A stretch of DNA of 64,000 bases from Patescibacteria group bacterium (GTDB lineage Bacteria > Patescibacteriota > Minisyncoccia > Phycocordibacterales > Phycocordibacteraceae). The stretch spans positions 152,934 to 216,933 of the forward strand of contig JBBTSZ010000002.1 of NCBI GenBank assembly GCA_038064495.1, read 5' to 3'. Every line of letters starts with the position of its first letter. Positions within the stretch are counted from its first letter, which is position 1. Positions 7,664-18,989 of this stretch are shown here, one piece after another. Position numbers and translations under genes: made by a program. The notes beneath the pieces were generated by a model. The model saw only the letters and a program-made list of their open reading frames with translations. It ran no database searches and was not told where the DNA came from.

Positions 7664-10600
7664 CTATAGAGCGGTTTCCTTGTGTGCGTATAGTTCACGA
7701 ATCTTCTTTCCTGGCCAGCGGTAGTACAAAACAGGAATGAGCACGAGGGTAAGAAGGAGCGAGAAGGCGAGGCCCGCCATGATGGAGAAGGCGAGTGGTG
7801 CCCAGAATGGTGAGGCGAACACAAGTGGAATCATACCAATCACCGTCACCACCGTGGTGAGCAAAATAGGACGAAGACGTGTGGACGCCGCTTCAATAAC
7901 CACTTCTTCAAGGTTCATCTCCGGATGCTCGCGGTGAATACGCGCGATAGAGTCCATGAGAATAATGGCGTGGTTGATGATGACGCCAGCAAGCGCAATC
8001 ACCCCGAGCATAGACGTAAGTGAGAGCGGCTGACCGACAAGGGTGAGGCCAACGAACACACCTACGAGAGAAAGAGGAATGATGGAAAGAAGATAGAAGG
8101 ACTGGCGGAATGAATTGAACTCAAGTACGAGAATGGAAAGCATGAGTGCTGCGCCTGCGATAAGTGCGAGGAAGAGTTCGGTAAACGATTTACCAACATC
8201 CTCAGACTCACCACCAAGCTTTACGGTCACTCCTTTACCAATGAGGTTCGACGTCAGTTTTTTCTGGAATTGGTTGGTTAACTCAATAGCATTTGCTTTA
8301 GGGCCCACGTCCGCTGTAACGGTGGCAATGCGGTGGCCTGCCTCGTGATGAATAGCAGTCTGCGAAGGTTCATACGTAACAGTAGCAATGGTTGAAAGTA
8401 CTACCGGGCCCTTACTACCCGGGATGAGAAGATCACGAACGGCATCAATAGAGGTGTGCGTCGTTTCAGAAGGATCTCGGTAGTTCGGGTTGAGCGCAAG
8501 TTTGGTACGCACCTCAATGTCGTTCTTTCCGGTCTTAATAGTTGTCGCCTTGGCACTGAAAAGCGCAGTGCGGAGTGTGTCTGCAACCGTGAGTGGAGAA
8601 ACACCGAGCTCAGCCGCCTTACTGCTATCAAGAGAAACGACAAACTCGGCACTCGCTTCTTTGGAAGAAGCAGTAATATTCACGACGCCGGGCATATCCG
8701 AAAGAATGTGCGCAGCATTGTCTGCGGTTGTAGAAAGCTCGCCGAGATCATCTCCACTCAAAGTAATGGTGATAGGTGACGCTGCTGGAGGTCCGCCTGC
8801 TGGTTCACCAACGGTGACAGCGGCTGAGGTGACGGTTGCAAATTGTGTACGAAGCTCCGTGACGAAGTCGGCACTAGACTGTTTATGACCTTTCGGCAGA
8901 TTCACCGTGATGTTACCGATATTGGTTCCTGAAGAAGGTCCACCACCGAGAGCGCTTGCAAAGGAACTACCCGCACCCACCTCCGTTACGAAGGAAGCGA
9001 CATGTTTGTTGCCGTAGAGCTGTTCTTCTATCTCACGAACGGCGAGGTCTGTTTCGGTTAGTTCAGTGCCTTGTGGCTTTTCTATTTGCACATAAATAGT
9101 GTCAGCATCTTCTCCCGGGAAGAATTCAGATTTTAGAAGGCCGGTTACGGGAAGCAAAAGAGAGAGAATAAAGAGACCAACCATCACTTGGAGGAAACGG
9201 TTCTGGTCATGTTTACTCCGAAGCATCTTGTACAAGAAGTTCTGATACCACTGCCTCGCCACACGGTTGTATTTTTCCTGACGCTCAGTGAGTGCATCAT
9301 GAGACGTTTTGACGTAGAACATGGCGAGAAGTGGTACGAAGCCAAGTGCCACAAAGATTGACGCAAGGAGTACGAAAATAACCGTAAATGGTATGGAGGC
9401 AAGGAACTTTCCGACGATACCGGAAAGGAAGAAGAGAGGAATGAACACCACGATGGTGGTGAAGGTTCCTGCAATAAGGGGCCAGGCATACTCACGAATG
9501 GCAGAGACTGCCGCTGCGTGTTTATCACCGTGTTTACGTACGTGCGTATGGAAAGCCTCCACCACCACAATGCCGGAGTCCACCAAGATACCGATGGCAA
9601 GAATGAGTGAGAATAACGAGACGTTGTTGAGGGTGTTGCCGGACGCAAGGAGTCCAATGAAGGCAACCAGGAAAGAAAGCGGAATGGAAGCCGCTGCAAC
9701 AAGAGACTCACGCCAGCCGAGCGTGACGAGAAGCACGAGCATCACCAGAATAACGGTTTCAACACCAGCACGCGTAAGCTCGGTGAGACTTTTGTTCACT
9801 TCCTCAGCTGCGTTGTAAGAAATGACAATATCGGTACCGGTGAGGAGTCCCTCTTTCTTCAAATCTTCAAGACGCTTTTCTACCGCGTGACCGGTGGCAA
9901 CAATGTTCCCACCACGACTCTTGTGAATGGTGAGGGTGAGGGAAGGCTCTGCTGGCTTCCCTTGAACGGATACGCGAGAGAAGGTCGTCGGGTCTTCAAG
10001 ACCATCCACCACCTCTGCCACGTCTCGCACATGGAGGGTTGCGCCACCGGGGCCGAGCAGTGCCACGTTACCAACTTGATCGGTAGAGGGAACGCCCGAT
10101 TCAAAACGAACGGCGTAGTTCACACCGTCTACCGTGATAGAACCCGCAGGCGAAGCGACACCTGCAGAGCGAATCGCGTTTGTGACATCACTGAGTGAAA
10201 GATTGTACTGGCGAAGTCGCTCTGCTTTCACAATCACCTGAACCTCACGTGCACGTACGCCCGAAACACCTACCTTTGAGACTCCAGAAACACGCTTCAA
10301 TTCGTCCGAGACATTCTCACCAAGCGCGGTGAGTTCTGCAGGTGCGAGATTTCCCGATATGGAAACGATAAGAATCGGTTGGTCCGCAAAGTTGGTATCA
10401 GAAACAGTCGGGTCAAGTGCCTCAGCAGGCAAGTCAGGACGTACTTTGTCCACGGCGTCCTTCAACAGTTGAATGGACTTATCAATATTGGCTGAAGAAT
10501 CAAATTCAACAGACACGATAGAAATGCCAGCTCCTGAGGTGGAAGTGACTTTTGACACGTGTTCAACGCCAAGAACCCCATTTTCAATCTTGTCGGTAAT

Positions 10601-10789
10601 GAGTCGTTCAACGTCAGCAGAACTCGCTCCGGGAAGTACGGTGGAAACAACACCGAGTGGGATTTCAATATCAGGCGTTGCTTCTTTTGGAATGGCGAGC
10701 ACGGCGTAGAAACCACTCCCGAGAAGGACAATCATCAAAAAGACCGTAAAGGTACTTTTTTTAAGAAAGAAGCTCCAGAAGTTTGTCAT
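7664..10789 (-). CDS. RND efflux transporter permease (AcrB/AcrD/AcrF family)
   Basis: 1041 aa; GILVDSGIVVVE and RLRPILLTT motifs; two large extracytoplasmic loops. Confidence 0.93.
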   Translation of the reverse strand: MTNFWSFFLKKSTFTVFLMIVLLGSGFYAVLAIPKEATPDIEIPLGVVSTVLPGASSADVERLITDKIENGVLGVEHVSKVTSTSGAGISIVSVEFDSSANIDKSIQLLKDAVDKVRPDLPAEALDPTVSDTNFADQPILIVSISGNLAPAELTALGENVSDELKRVSGVSKVGVSGVRAREVQVIVKAERLRQYNLSLSDVTNAIRSAGVASPAGSITVDGVNYAVRFESGVPSTDQVGNVALLGPGGATLHVRDVAEVVDGLEDPTTFSRVSVQGKPAEPSLTLTIHKSRGGNIVATGHAVEKRLEDLKKEGLLTGTDIVISYNAAEEVNKSLTELTRAGVETVILVMLVLLVTLGWRESLVAAASIPLSFLVAFIGLLASGNTLNNVSLFSLILAIGILVDSGIVVVEAFHTHVRKHGDKHAAAVSAIREYAWPLIAGTFTTIVVFIPLFFLSGIVGKFLASIPFTVIFVLLASIFVALGFVPLLAMFYVKTSHDALTERQEKYNRVARQWYQNFLYKMLRSKHDQNRFLQVMVGLFILSLLLPVTGLLKSEFFPGEDADTIYVQIEKPQGTELTETDLAVREIEEQLYGNKHVASFVTEVGAGSSFASALGGGPSSGTNIGNITVNLPKGHKQSSADFVTELRTQFATVTSAAVTVGEPAGGPPAASPITITLSGDDLGELSTTADNAAHILSDMPGVVNITASSKEASAEFVVSLDSSKAAELGVSPLTVADTLRTALFSAKATTIKTGKNDIEVRTKLALNPNYRDPSETTHTSIDAVRDLLIPGSKGPVVLSTIATVTYEPSQTAIHHEAGHRIATVTADVGPKANAIELTNQFQKKLTSNLIGKGVTVKLGGESEDVGKSFTELFLALIAGAALMLSILVLEFNSFRQSFYLLSIIPLSLVGVFVGLTLVGQPLSLTSMLGVIALAGVIINHAIILMDSIARIHREHPEMNLEEVVIEAASTRLRPILLTTVVTVIGMIPLVFASPFWAPLAFSIMAGLAFSLLLTLVLIPVLYYRWPGKKIRELYAHKETAL

Positions 10790-10827
10790 GTCTCTATCGT
10801 GCCATTCAAATACGACTGGCTCCTCAG

Positions 10828-12378
10828 CTACGGTGTGGTTGCAACCTGGACTTTCTGTCCATCGGAGAGTCCGCGTGCGTCGGTGACAATGCGAAGATCA
10901 CCCGGAAGTTCAGATCGGATTTCAATCTTGTTGCCACGTACGTCCCCAATCTCAACGGCATGTGAGACCAGGCGACCATTTTCTCCGATAGAGAACACCA
11001 CGCGGGCTGATGGTGTGAGTTTAAGTGCGGTGAGCGGAAGCAAAGTCGGGCCAGACGCTCCGGGCGTGGTTGGTGCAATACCCGTTGTCGGAAGAGCAAC
11101 ACGAACGGATTGACCATTCACAAGTCCACTACCTGAACTCACTGCCATGTGCACTTCTACCTGCTTCGTGACGGGATCAAGGGCTGGTGAAATGGAGGTA
11201 ATCGTTGCGTCATGTTTGTCTTCTATCTTTACTTTGCTTCCAACCGCAAGGAGTGTGCGGTTATCTTCAGAAACAAACGTCACAATTTCAAGTGCGCCAT
11301 TTTGTGCAACGGTTGCTACGTGCTGAAGTGGAGTCACGTAGTCACCAACACGTATTGGAAGGAAATTTACAGAGCCGCCAATTGGTGCGCGGATGAGTGT
11401 CTTCTCAAGTTGCGCCTGCGCAGCACGAAGTGCACCGAGCGCAATCTTCACACTCGCATTTGCTCCTGCACTCGCTGACGTCCCTTGGCTTTGATATGTC
11501 TGTTTGGCTGTGGTGATGCCGGACTGGATAGAGGCCACACTTGAACGTGCTGACGCGAGCGCGGTCAACTGACTTGCCGAGGCGTCGGTGTTGTAACGAG
11601 TTGCTGCTGTCGCGATGTCGGTAATGAGCGCATTTGCCTGACGAGTAACGACCTCCGCCTCAGTAAGTAATGTCAAAGGGTCGGAAGTTCCACTGGTCGC
11701 AAGGTGTGCACGCCATGCGTCCATAGAACTTTTAAGTTCTACTCGCTTGTTGGGGAAGTAGGAAAGGTCAAATGGATTCGGGGCAATCAGAAACAGTGGA
11801 CCTTGTGCACCAGGAGCTCCATAGAACGTATCTACATACGTATTCAGAGTTGAATCAAGAGAATTAAAAGACGAAGTGTAGGTATTACGAGCTGATGTGT
11901 TGATGTCACCAGGAGCCGTTCCTGAGCGTGCCGCGATAGCGGCATCATAGCTACCTTCAGCTTGAAGTACACTAGCTCGTTGAGATGCATTCTCAAGTTC
12001 AGCGAGCACATAGCCAGCTGGAATGCTTCCGCCAAGCGAAGTGCGAACGCTCGTCACCGTTCCGCCACTTTGCGCAATAATGCTCGCCTCAGTGATGGAA
12101 CGAACTGAACCAATAACCCCAACTGAAGAAGTGCCTCCGGAAAGTTCTGATACGGCAGCAACCGTAACGGTTGGAAGCTGAGTGAGGGCATCAACTTTTG
12201 GACTAAACAATCCCGTAATCAAGAAACCAAGACCAACAACAAGGGCTACCAGAATAGCCCCTACGATGATTTGCATGCGACGAGAGAGCGCACGGTAGCG
12301 CTTATACAGAGAAACTGCAGTCGTCTGCACCTTCGTCAGATAGGCTCTGACGGGTATGCGTGAAAGAAAACGCTTCAT
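10828..12378 (-). CDS. Efflux membrane fusion (HlyD/MFP) adaptor
   Basis: N-terminal TM, lipoyl halves, long helical hairpin, IRAPIGG; upstream of RND gene. Confidence 0.85.
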   Translation of the reverse strand: MKRFLSRIPVRAYLTKVQTTAVSLYKRYRALSRRMQIIVGAILVALVVGLGFLITGLFSPKVDALTQLPTVTVAAVSELSGGTSSVGVIGSVRSITEASIIAQSGGTVTSVRTSLGGSIPAGYVLAELENASQRASVLQAEGSYDAAIAARSGTAPGDINTSARNTYTSSFNSLDSTLNTYVDTFYGAPGAQGPLFLIAPNPFDLSYFPNKRVELKSSMDAWRAHLATSGTSDPLTLLTEAEVVTRQANALITDIATAATRYNTDASASQLTALASARSSVASIQSGITTAKQTYQSQGTSASAGANASVKIALGALRAAQAQLEKTLIRAPIGGSVNFLPIRVGDYVTPLQHVATVAQNGALEIVTFVSEDNRTLLAVGSKVKIEDKHDATITSISPALDPVTKQVEVHMAVSSGSGLVNGQSVRVALPTTGIAPTTPGASGPTLLPLTALKLTPSARVVFSIGENGRLVSHAVEIGDVRGNKIEIRSELPGDLRIVTDARGLSDGQKVQVATTP

Positions 12379-12482
12379 AGTGAACTATAATATAAGCCTT
12401 TTTCGTATTTTTGTCAACTTTCACTCGGTTACGCACCGCGTAATCCATCTGTCATGAAATCACGAGTGGTAGTATGAAATGT

Positions 12483-14162
12483 ATGACGCAGAGCGAAGCC
12501 TTGGATATTTTAAAAACAGGTGCGAACGTGTTTCTCACGGGGGAGCCGGGGAGTGGCAAGACGCATACGCTTACCGCCTACGTCGCATGGCTTCGCAGTC
12601 ACGGCATTGAACCAGCCATCACCGCTTCAACGGGTATTGCTGCAACCCACGTAGGAGGCATGACTATTCATTCGTGGAGCGGTATCGGCATTTTGGAGCG
12701 CATGGATGCGGAGGATTTGGATCGCATTGCGTCAAAAGAGCATGTGGCAAAGCGCATCATGAAAACAAAAGTACTCATCATTGATGAGATTTCCATGCTG
12801 TCGGGTGCTGCACTCACGATGATTGATAGAGTTGCCAAAGAAGTTCGAGGCGACACCCGTGCCTTCGGTGGTATGCAGGTCGTGTTCTCGGGCGATTTTT
12901 TCCAGCTGCCACCGATTACCCGTGGCGGAGCAGTCGCTGAATTTGCATTCGCCTCACGCGCGTGGCGGGACGCAGTACCGCTGGTGTGTTATCTCACCGA
13001 ACAGCACCGTCAGGACGACCCACATTTCCTCTCACTCCTTGCAGCTATTCGTGATGGTTCCTTTGATCACACGCACGCTTCAGAAATCCTTTCTCGTGAA
13101 AGTGACGGGGAAGAGTTAGACACTGAAGTCCCACGTTTATTTACGCACAACACGGATGTGGACCGAATCAATAACGACCATCTTGCAAAACTTCCGGGTG
13201 CTTCGCACGTATTCACCATGCAAGACACTGGTCCGTCGGTTTTGACCGAAGCCCTGAAGCGTGGCTGCCTGTCACCGGAACGACTCGTTTTAAAAGAAGG
13301 CGCAATTGTGATGTGCACCAAGAATAATCCGATAGGTGGCTATGTAAACGGCACCCTCGGAAAAGTAATTGGATTTGTGCGTGGTTCGGGCGAACCAATT
13401 ATTGAAACGCATGAAGGGAAAGAACTCATCATTACTCCTTTGGAGTGGGCGCTTGAAGAATCAGGAAAGATACGCGCAAAAGTAAGTCAGCTTCCGCTCC
13501 GTCTTGCGTGGGCGATTACCATCCATAAGAGTCAGGGTATGAGTATGGACGCTGCTGCCATGGACTTGTCTCGCACCTTTGAATTTGGTCAGGGGTATGT
13601 GGCACTTTCCCGCGTTCGCTCGCTTTCTGGACTCACTCTGCTTGGCTGGAGCGAGCAGGCCTCCATGGTGCATCCGGAAGTTGCGCGCCTGGATGAGCGT
13701 CTCCGGGAAGAATCCATGGCAGCGATTGAGGCCTTTGAAACACTTCGTGAAGAAGGCGACCTCAAAACCATGCATCTGAATTTTATCCGCGCTTCTGGCG
13801 GTGTGCTTGAAGCAAGCGAAGATGGCGAGCGCCCTATGAAGCGCACCACGTACGACGAAACCCTCTCCTTAATCATGGAGGGAATGCCCCTTATTGATAT
13901 AGCAAAGGAACGAAAACTCACGATTGGTACGATTGCGGACCACGCCGAGAAACTTATTTTGAAAGACAGGCTGGATGTTCCCATGCTGCTTTCCCTGATT
14001 CCCGCACGCTTGATTACAGCACTTCCTGACATTCACGAGGTCTTTGAAACGGTGGGTGTGGAAAAGCTTGCTCCTGCGCACGCAAAGCTACGGGCTAAAT
14101 TTACCTACGACGAATTAAAGCTTGCACGTATCCTGTACGTAAAAGAGGCCGAGGTACAATAG
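12483..14162 (+). CDS. Pif1/RecD-like SF1B helicase with C-terminal HTH
   Basis: GEPGSGKT, TASTGIAA, IIDEISM, GDFFQLPP, LAWAITIHKSQG, YVALSR. Confidence 0.9.
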   Translation: MTQSEALDILKTGANVFLTGEPGSGKTHTLTAYVAWLRSHGIEPAITASTGIAATHVGGMTIHSWSGIGILERMDAEDLDRIASKEHVAKRIMKTKVLIIDEISMLSGAALTMIDRVAKEVRGDTRAFGGMQVVFSGDFFQLPPITRGGAVAEFAFASRAWRDAVPLVCYLTEQHRQDDPHFLSLLAAIRDGSFDHTHASEILSRESDGEELDTEVPRLFTHNTDVDRINNDHLAKLPGASHVFTMQDTGPSVLTEALKRGCLSPERLVLKEGAIVMCTKNNPIGGYVNGTLGKVIGFVRGSGEPIIETHEGKELIITPLEWALEESGKIRAKVSQLPLRLAWAITIHKSQGMSMDAAAMDLSRTFEFGQGYVALSRVRSLSGLTLLGWSEQASMVHPEVARLDERLREESMAAIEAFETLREEGDLKTMHLNFIRASGGVLEASEDGERPMKRTTYDETLSLIMEGMPLIDIAKERKLTIGTIADHAEKLILKDRLDVPMLLSLIPARLITALPDIHEVFETVGVEKLAPAHAKLRAKFTYDELKLARILYVKEAEVQ

Positions 14163-14167
14163 AGGAA

Positions 14168-15178
14168 ATGAAGACACTCGACGTAAAAAGACCGCCGAGC
14201 GCAGGTGTCGTGACGCTGAGAATTGTTATCGGGTTTGTTGCCGTGGTCATTGTGCTTGCACTTGGGTACGCGAGTGCGTTCGGGCCCATGTGGAAGGAAG
14301 CGGAAAAAGAACAGTTCGTCATTACACCAGACAAGAGTGTTTCAGACGTAGCAACAGACCTCTACGAAAAAGGATTTATTCATAGTCCGTGGATATTCCA
14401 GATTGCATTTCTGAAAGCAACGGATGGAAAGGGAATTCGTCCCGGAGGCTACGAGATTAGTAAGGTTATGGATGCATGGTCCATTGCAGATGCGCTGGTC
14501 GCGCCACCGTACTACGCATGGGTGAAGATTCCGGTCGGTGTTAGAAAGGAGCAAATTGCAAACATTCTCTCGAGCGCACTGGCGTGGACACCCGAACAAA
14601 AACAAGAGTGGCTCACGATTACCGACTCCTACGGTAAGGACTACATAGAGGGCGTGTATTTCCCAGATACGTATCTCATTCCGAACGACCAACCACCCGC
14701 GCTCGTCGCTGCACGTCTGAAGGGTCGTTTCCAGGAAGCCTTTGCTCCGTATGCTGAAGAAGCAGTGAAAAAGAAACTATCGTGGCCGACGGTCCTCACG
14801 ATTGCGAGCATCATTCAGAGAGAGGCGGGAAGTGTTGAGGACATGTCCATCATCTCGGGTGTTATTCAAAAACGCCTCGCGCTTGGGATGCCGCTTGCGA
14901 TGGACGCAACACTCCAATACATGACTGGCTCAGATGAGCGTGGTTGGTGGGTGGCGCCTTCGTCAGCATCTACCTATCCCGACGGACCCTTTAATACCTA
15001 TAAAAGGAAGGGACTTCCACCCCACGCTATCGCAAATCCAGGACTTGCGGCAATTGAAGCTGCCCTGAATCCTACTGCAACGAATTGTCTCTTTTATCTG
15101 CACGACAACAACGGAAAGATTCATTGTTCCAAAACTTATAAAGGACAACTTTATAACGTAAACAAATACCTCAAATAA
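14168..15178 (+). CDS. mltG: Endolytic transglycosylase MltG
   Basis: EGVYFPDTY, ASIIQRE, L.MDAT.QY, FNTY..GLPP..IANPG. Confidence 0.9.
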   Translation: MKTLDVKRPPSAGVVTLRIVIGFVAVVIVLALGYASAFGPMWKEAEKEQFVITPDKSVSDVATDLYEKGFIHSPWIFQIAFLKATDGKGIRPGGYEISKVMDAWSIADALVAPPYYAWVKIPVGVRKEQIANILSSALAWTPEQKQEWLTITDSYGKDYIEGVYFPDTYLIPNDQPPALVAARLKGRFQEAFAPYAEEAVKKKLSWPTVLTIASIIQREAGSVEDMSIISGVIQKRLALGMPLAMDATLQYMTGSDERGWWVAPSSASTYPDGPFNTYKRKGLPPHAIANPGLAAIEAALNPTATNCLFYLHDNNGKIHCSKTYKGQLYNVNKYLK

Positions 15179-15240
15179 TTGACGAGTCTGTATTTTAAGG
15201 TTATTCTGCTATCAATTGGCCACAGGGCCTCTTTATTTTT

Positions 15241-17025
15241 ATGGAAATCCGAAACATAGCGATTATCGCGCACGTGGACCACGGCAAGACCACGCTTACT
15301 GACGCCCTTATGCGCCAGACGGGCGCGGTGGCAGAGGGTGTTTCCATGGATTCCAACAAGCTCGAGCAGGAGCGTGGCATCACGATTTACTCCAAGAACA
15401 CCTCTATTGAGTACAAAGGAACGAAGATTAACATCGTAGACACTCCTGGACACGCGGACTTCGGTTCAGAAGTTGAGCGCGTGCTTCGCTCCATTGACTC
15501 CGTACTCCTCGTCGTAGACGCGCAGGAGGGTCCGATGCCACAGACGCGTTTCGTATTAAAGAAATCACTTGAGCTCGGTCTGAAGCCTATCGTTGTGTTG
15601 AACAAGATTGATAAGCCTGCAGCAAATCCGGCTCACGCAGAAGAAGCGGTACTTGAGCTTTTTCTTGAACTCGGCGCGAGCGACGCACAGTCTGACTTCA
15701 CCACGGTCTACGCTATTGGTCGTGAGGGTGTCGCGATGCGTAATCTTACCGACGAACGCAAAGACCTCACTCCACTGCTTGATGTGGTGCTTGAACAAGT
15801 ACCACCAGCTTCAACTCCTGAAGCCGTTACGAAGCCTGCAAAGCTCCAGGCATTTAACCTTGCCTACGACAATTTCCTTGGTCGTCTCGCTATCTGCCGT
15901 ATCTATGACGGTGTGATTAAGGCGGGAGACGCGGTGACCGTGAAGAAGCCAGATGGTACGGCTCGTACCGGGAAAATCACCAAACTCTTTACCTTTAAGG
16001 GTATTGAGCGTGTTGATGTGCCTGAGGCACAAGCAGGAGACATTGCTATCGTTGCGGGACTTCCCGACATTTTCATCGGAGAAACTATTTCCGTTGATGC
16101 GAACGTTGAACCACTTCCCGCGATTGCTATTGATGAGCCAACGATTACCGTGAACTTCCTCGTGAACAACTCACCGTTTGCTGGAAAGGAAGGGAAGTAT
16201 GTTACCAGCCGTCAGTTGCGCGAATACCTTGAGCGTGAGCTTGAAGTAAACGTGGGACTGAAAGTGGACTTCGTCTCACCAGATGCGTTTAAAGTTTCTG
16301 GACGCGGTGAACTTCACATCGCGATTCTTCTTGAGAACATGCGTCGTGCGGGTTACGAAATGCAGGTGTCTCAGCCACAGGTCATCATCCGCGAGGAAGA
16401 AGGCAAGAAGCTTGAGCCATTTGAAGAAGTCATTATTGATACGCCGAGCGAGTTCCAGGGAGCTATTATTGAGCGACTCGGTACGCGCGCATTCGTACTT
16501 CAGAATCTGGTACAACATGAAAATCAGGTTCGCCTTACCTTTGAAGGACCAACACGAGGCCTCCTCGGGTACCGTAACCAGTTTGTTGTGGACACGAAGG
16601 GTGAGGGTATCCTCTCGTCTCGCGTGCTTGGCTTCAAGCCATTTGCGGGCGACATCAAGAAGCGTCAGGTGGGTTCTATGATTTCCATGGCGACCGGAAA
16701 GGCTCTTGGCTACGCTCTCTGGAGCATGCAGGAGCGCGGTGTGCTCTACATTATTCCTGCAACTGAGGTGTATGAGGGTATGGTTGTTGGAAACACAAGT
16801 AAGGGTGAAGAAATGGTAGTGAACCCAACGAAAGGAAAGAACCAATCAAACGTACGCTCTTCTGGTATGGATGAGGCTATTAACCTCGTACCAGCTTTCA
16901 CACTCACCATTGAACGCGGTCTTGAAGTTATGGCTGAAGACGAATACTTGGAAATCACTCCACTTTCAGTGCGACTGCGCAAGCAGGGACTTACAGAGAC
17001 TGAACGCGCAAAAGCCCGCCGATAG
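15241..17025 (+). CDS. typA: Translational GTPase TypA/BipA
   Basis: [40 protein letters not shown]. Confidence 0.97.
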   Translation: MEIRNIAIIAHVDHGKTTLTDALMRQTGAVAEGVSMDSNKLEQERGITIYSKNTSIEYKGTKINIVDTPGHADFGSEVERVLRSIDSVLLVVDAQEGPMPQTRFVLKKSLELGLKPIVVLNKIDKPAANPAHAEEAVLELFLELGASDAQSDFTTVYAIGREGVAMRNLTDERKDLTPLLDVVLEQVPPASTPEAVTKPAKLQAFNLAYDNFLGRLAICRIYDGVIKAGDAVTVKKPDGTARTGKITKLFTFKGIERVDVPEAQAGDIAIVAGLPDIFIGETISVDANVEPLPAIAIDEPTITVNFLVNNSPFAGKEGKYVTSRQLREYLERELEVNVGLKVDFVSPDAFKVSGRGELHIAILLENMRRAGYEMQVSQPQVIIREEEGKKLEPFEEVIIDTPSEFQGAIIERLGTRAFVLQNLVQHENQVRLTFEGPTRGLLGYRNQFVVDTKGEGILSSRVLGFKPFAGDIKKRQVGSMISMATGKALGYALWSMQERGVLYIIPATEVYEGMVVGNTSKGEEMVVNPTKGKNQSNVRSSGMDEAINLVPAFTLTIERGLEVMAEDEYLEITPLSVRLRKQGLTETERAKARR

Positions 17026-17179
17026 AGCTTGCTGAAAAGCACCCATCTGCGTTGTTGCTCGTTTCGCTCAAAGCCTCACTGTACTAGCATGTACACCTCG
17101 GCTTTTCTCTAAATTCCCTGAATCAGTTCCCCGAACTATTTCAGAGCGCCTAGCATCTGAACACTTTTCAACAACCTCT
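17024..17179 (+). repeat. Stop-codon-anchored palindromic element, copy A (after typA)
   Basis: GAGCTTGCTGAAAAG/CTTTTCAACAACCTC basal stem; core CATCTGCGTTGTTGCTCG..AAAGCCTCACTGTAC..GTACACCTCGGCTTTT; extra ~30 nt insert. Confidence 0.85.
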
Positions 17180-17319
17180 CGATAGGTAGTTCCGATTTCT
17201 GTAGTAATGAAATATCTGTATAACGTAGCGCGTATTAGAATAGGGAGGATGCTTAGAAGATAGGGTGCAGTGCAGGTCTCAGCGAGCGGGACCCGCACTG
17301 CAGCGTGTTCTGACGCACC

Positions 17320-17497
17320 TTGCGTAACAGCATTCTCCATGCTATAGTCAACATACAACTGGGCTCTATAGTTTTTCTGTCTTGAGGTTTCTAAAGAAAC
17401 GGCTCGAGACGAGGGATGACACTTCACCCTCTAAACTCTCGAGAACCGTTGTGCATTATTCCAATACGCATTTTTGCGTATTTAGAAACCAACATAC
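17320..17497 (+). promoter_or_regulatory. Promoter TTGCGT-N17-TATAGT and ~140-nt structured 5' leader of DEAD-box helicase
   Basis: Stems at 17398-17450 and 17463-17482. Confidence 0.55.
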
Positions 17498-18892
17498 ATG
17501 AATCCAACCAACAGTAGGGGAGGTGCGCGCCCAAGGTCCTCTGGACCTCGAGGCCGCCGCCCCGACACCAGTAATGCCTACGAAGCAGGCATGAAGTTCG
17601 CCCAAATGGCGCCCATGGCACCAACTAATAATTACGTCCCTCGTCGCGAGCCAGCTCGTGCACGTTTCGCACGCCCTATGCGTGGCGGAAGCTCTTCCGC
17701 TCGTGGAGGCTTTTCAGGTGGCAGTCGAGGAGGTGGAAGCTTTTCTCGTCCAGCCTCTGGCAAACGCAACATGCAGGAAATGGCCGTGGACCTTTCAAAA
17801 CTCGTTAATAAGGCAACCCCGTCAGCAGACGTAGAAGTCTTTACCCCAAAACACGCTTTTGCAGACTTTGCGATTGATGAGCGCTTGAAAGTAAACATCA
17901 CGGCAAAGGGATATTTGAACCCAACGCCTATTCAGGACGAGGCTATTCCACACGTACTCAAGGGAGAGGATATCGTCGGCCTCGCTAACACCGGAACCGG
18001 TAAGACAGCAGCCTTCCTCATCCCGCTTATTGATAAAGTGCTCAAGTTCCGTACCCTCGGAAAGAATGAGCGGGTACTTATCATGGTGCCGACGCGTGAG
18101 CTTGCTCTTCAGATTGAAGCTGAATTCTTTGGCTTCACGAAGGGTCTTCAGCTTGCGTCCGTTACCTGTGTCGGTGGAGCAAACATTGTTCCGCAGATCC
18201 GCGTGCTTCGTCGTAACCCTGCTTTCGTTGTGGGTACACCAGGCCGTCTCAAGGACCTGATGGAGCGTAAAGACCTTGATTTGAAGGACTTTGCGACCGT
18301 CGTGCTGGACGAGGCTGACCGCATGCTTGATATGGGCTTCATTAACGATATGAAGTTTATTTTGAGCCACATGCAGGCAAAGCGTCACACGCTTTTCTTT
18401 TCAGCTACGCTTGACCGCGAAATTGAAAAGTTGATTGGTGATTTCTTGTCATCTCCTGCACGCGTCTCGGTAAAAACTCGCGACACTGCCGCAACGATTG
18501 ATCAGGACGTGGTCTACGTAAAGAAGGAAACCAAGTTCGACACGCTCGTTGAAATGCTTTCGTCTCCTGATATGGACAAAGTTCTTGTCTTTGGACGAAC
18601 GAAGCATGGGGTAGAGCGACTTGCTCGAGACCTTTCGCATCGTGGCATCAAAGCAGACTCTATTCACGGGGATAAAACTCACGGCAAGCGCCAGAAAGCA
18701 CTTGGTCTCTTCAAACAGGACCATGTGCAGGTACTCGTTGCGACCGACGTGGCAGCTCGAGGCCTTGATATTTCAGGTGTCTCACACGTGATTAACTACG
18801 ACCTTCCAGCAACGTACGAGGATTACACCCATCGCATCGGCCGAACGGGACGAGCGGGGAAGACAGGTAAAGCCCTAACGTTCATCAGTTAA
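17498..18892 (+). CDS. DEAD-box RNA helicase with N-terminal RGG-rich extension
   Basis: TGTGKT, PTRELA, TPGR, DEAD, SAT, ARGLD, HRIGRTGRAG. Confidence 0.96.
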   Translation: MNPTNSRGGARPRSSGPRGRRPDTSNAYEAGMKFAQMAPMAPTNNYVPRREPARARFARPMRGGSSSARGGFSGGSRGGGSFSRPASGKRNMQEMAVDLSKLVNKATPSADVEVFTPKHAFADFAIDERLKVNITAKGYLNPTPIQDEAIPHVLKGEDIVGLANTGTGKTAAFLIPLIDKVLKFRTLGKNERVLIMVPTRELALQIEAEFFGFTKGLQLASVTCVGGANIVPQIRVLRRNPAFVVGTPGRLKDLMERKDLDLKDFATVVLDEADRMLDMGFINDMKFILSHMQAKRHTLFFSATLDREIEKLIGDFLSSPARVSVKTRDTAATIDQDVVYVKKETKFDTLVEMLSSPDMDKVLVFGRTKHGVERLARDLSHRGIKADSIHGDKTHGKRQKALGLFKQDHVQVLVATDVAARGLDISGVSHVINYDLPATYEDYTHRIGRTGRAGKTGKALTFIS

Positions 18893-18910
18893 AACTGAGC
18901 CCCCGAAGCC

Positions 18911-18945
18911 CAGAAACCCCGCAGTCGTTGACTGCGGGGTTTCTG
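18911..18945 (+). terminator. Intrinsic terminator
   Basis: CAGAAACCCCGCAGTC-GTT-GACTGCGGGGTTTCTG. Confidence 0.75.
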
Positions 18946-18989
18946 CTATACTAATTTTATTGGCAAATAAGGGCACATAATCATTACGT

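Noticed and set aside
17243-17338. SRP RNA or 6S RNA
   Set aside because: No SRP CAGG..GGAA..AGCAG domain and too short for a 6S-type fold
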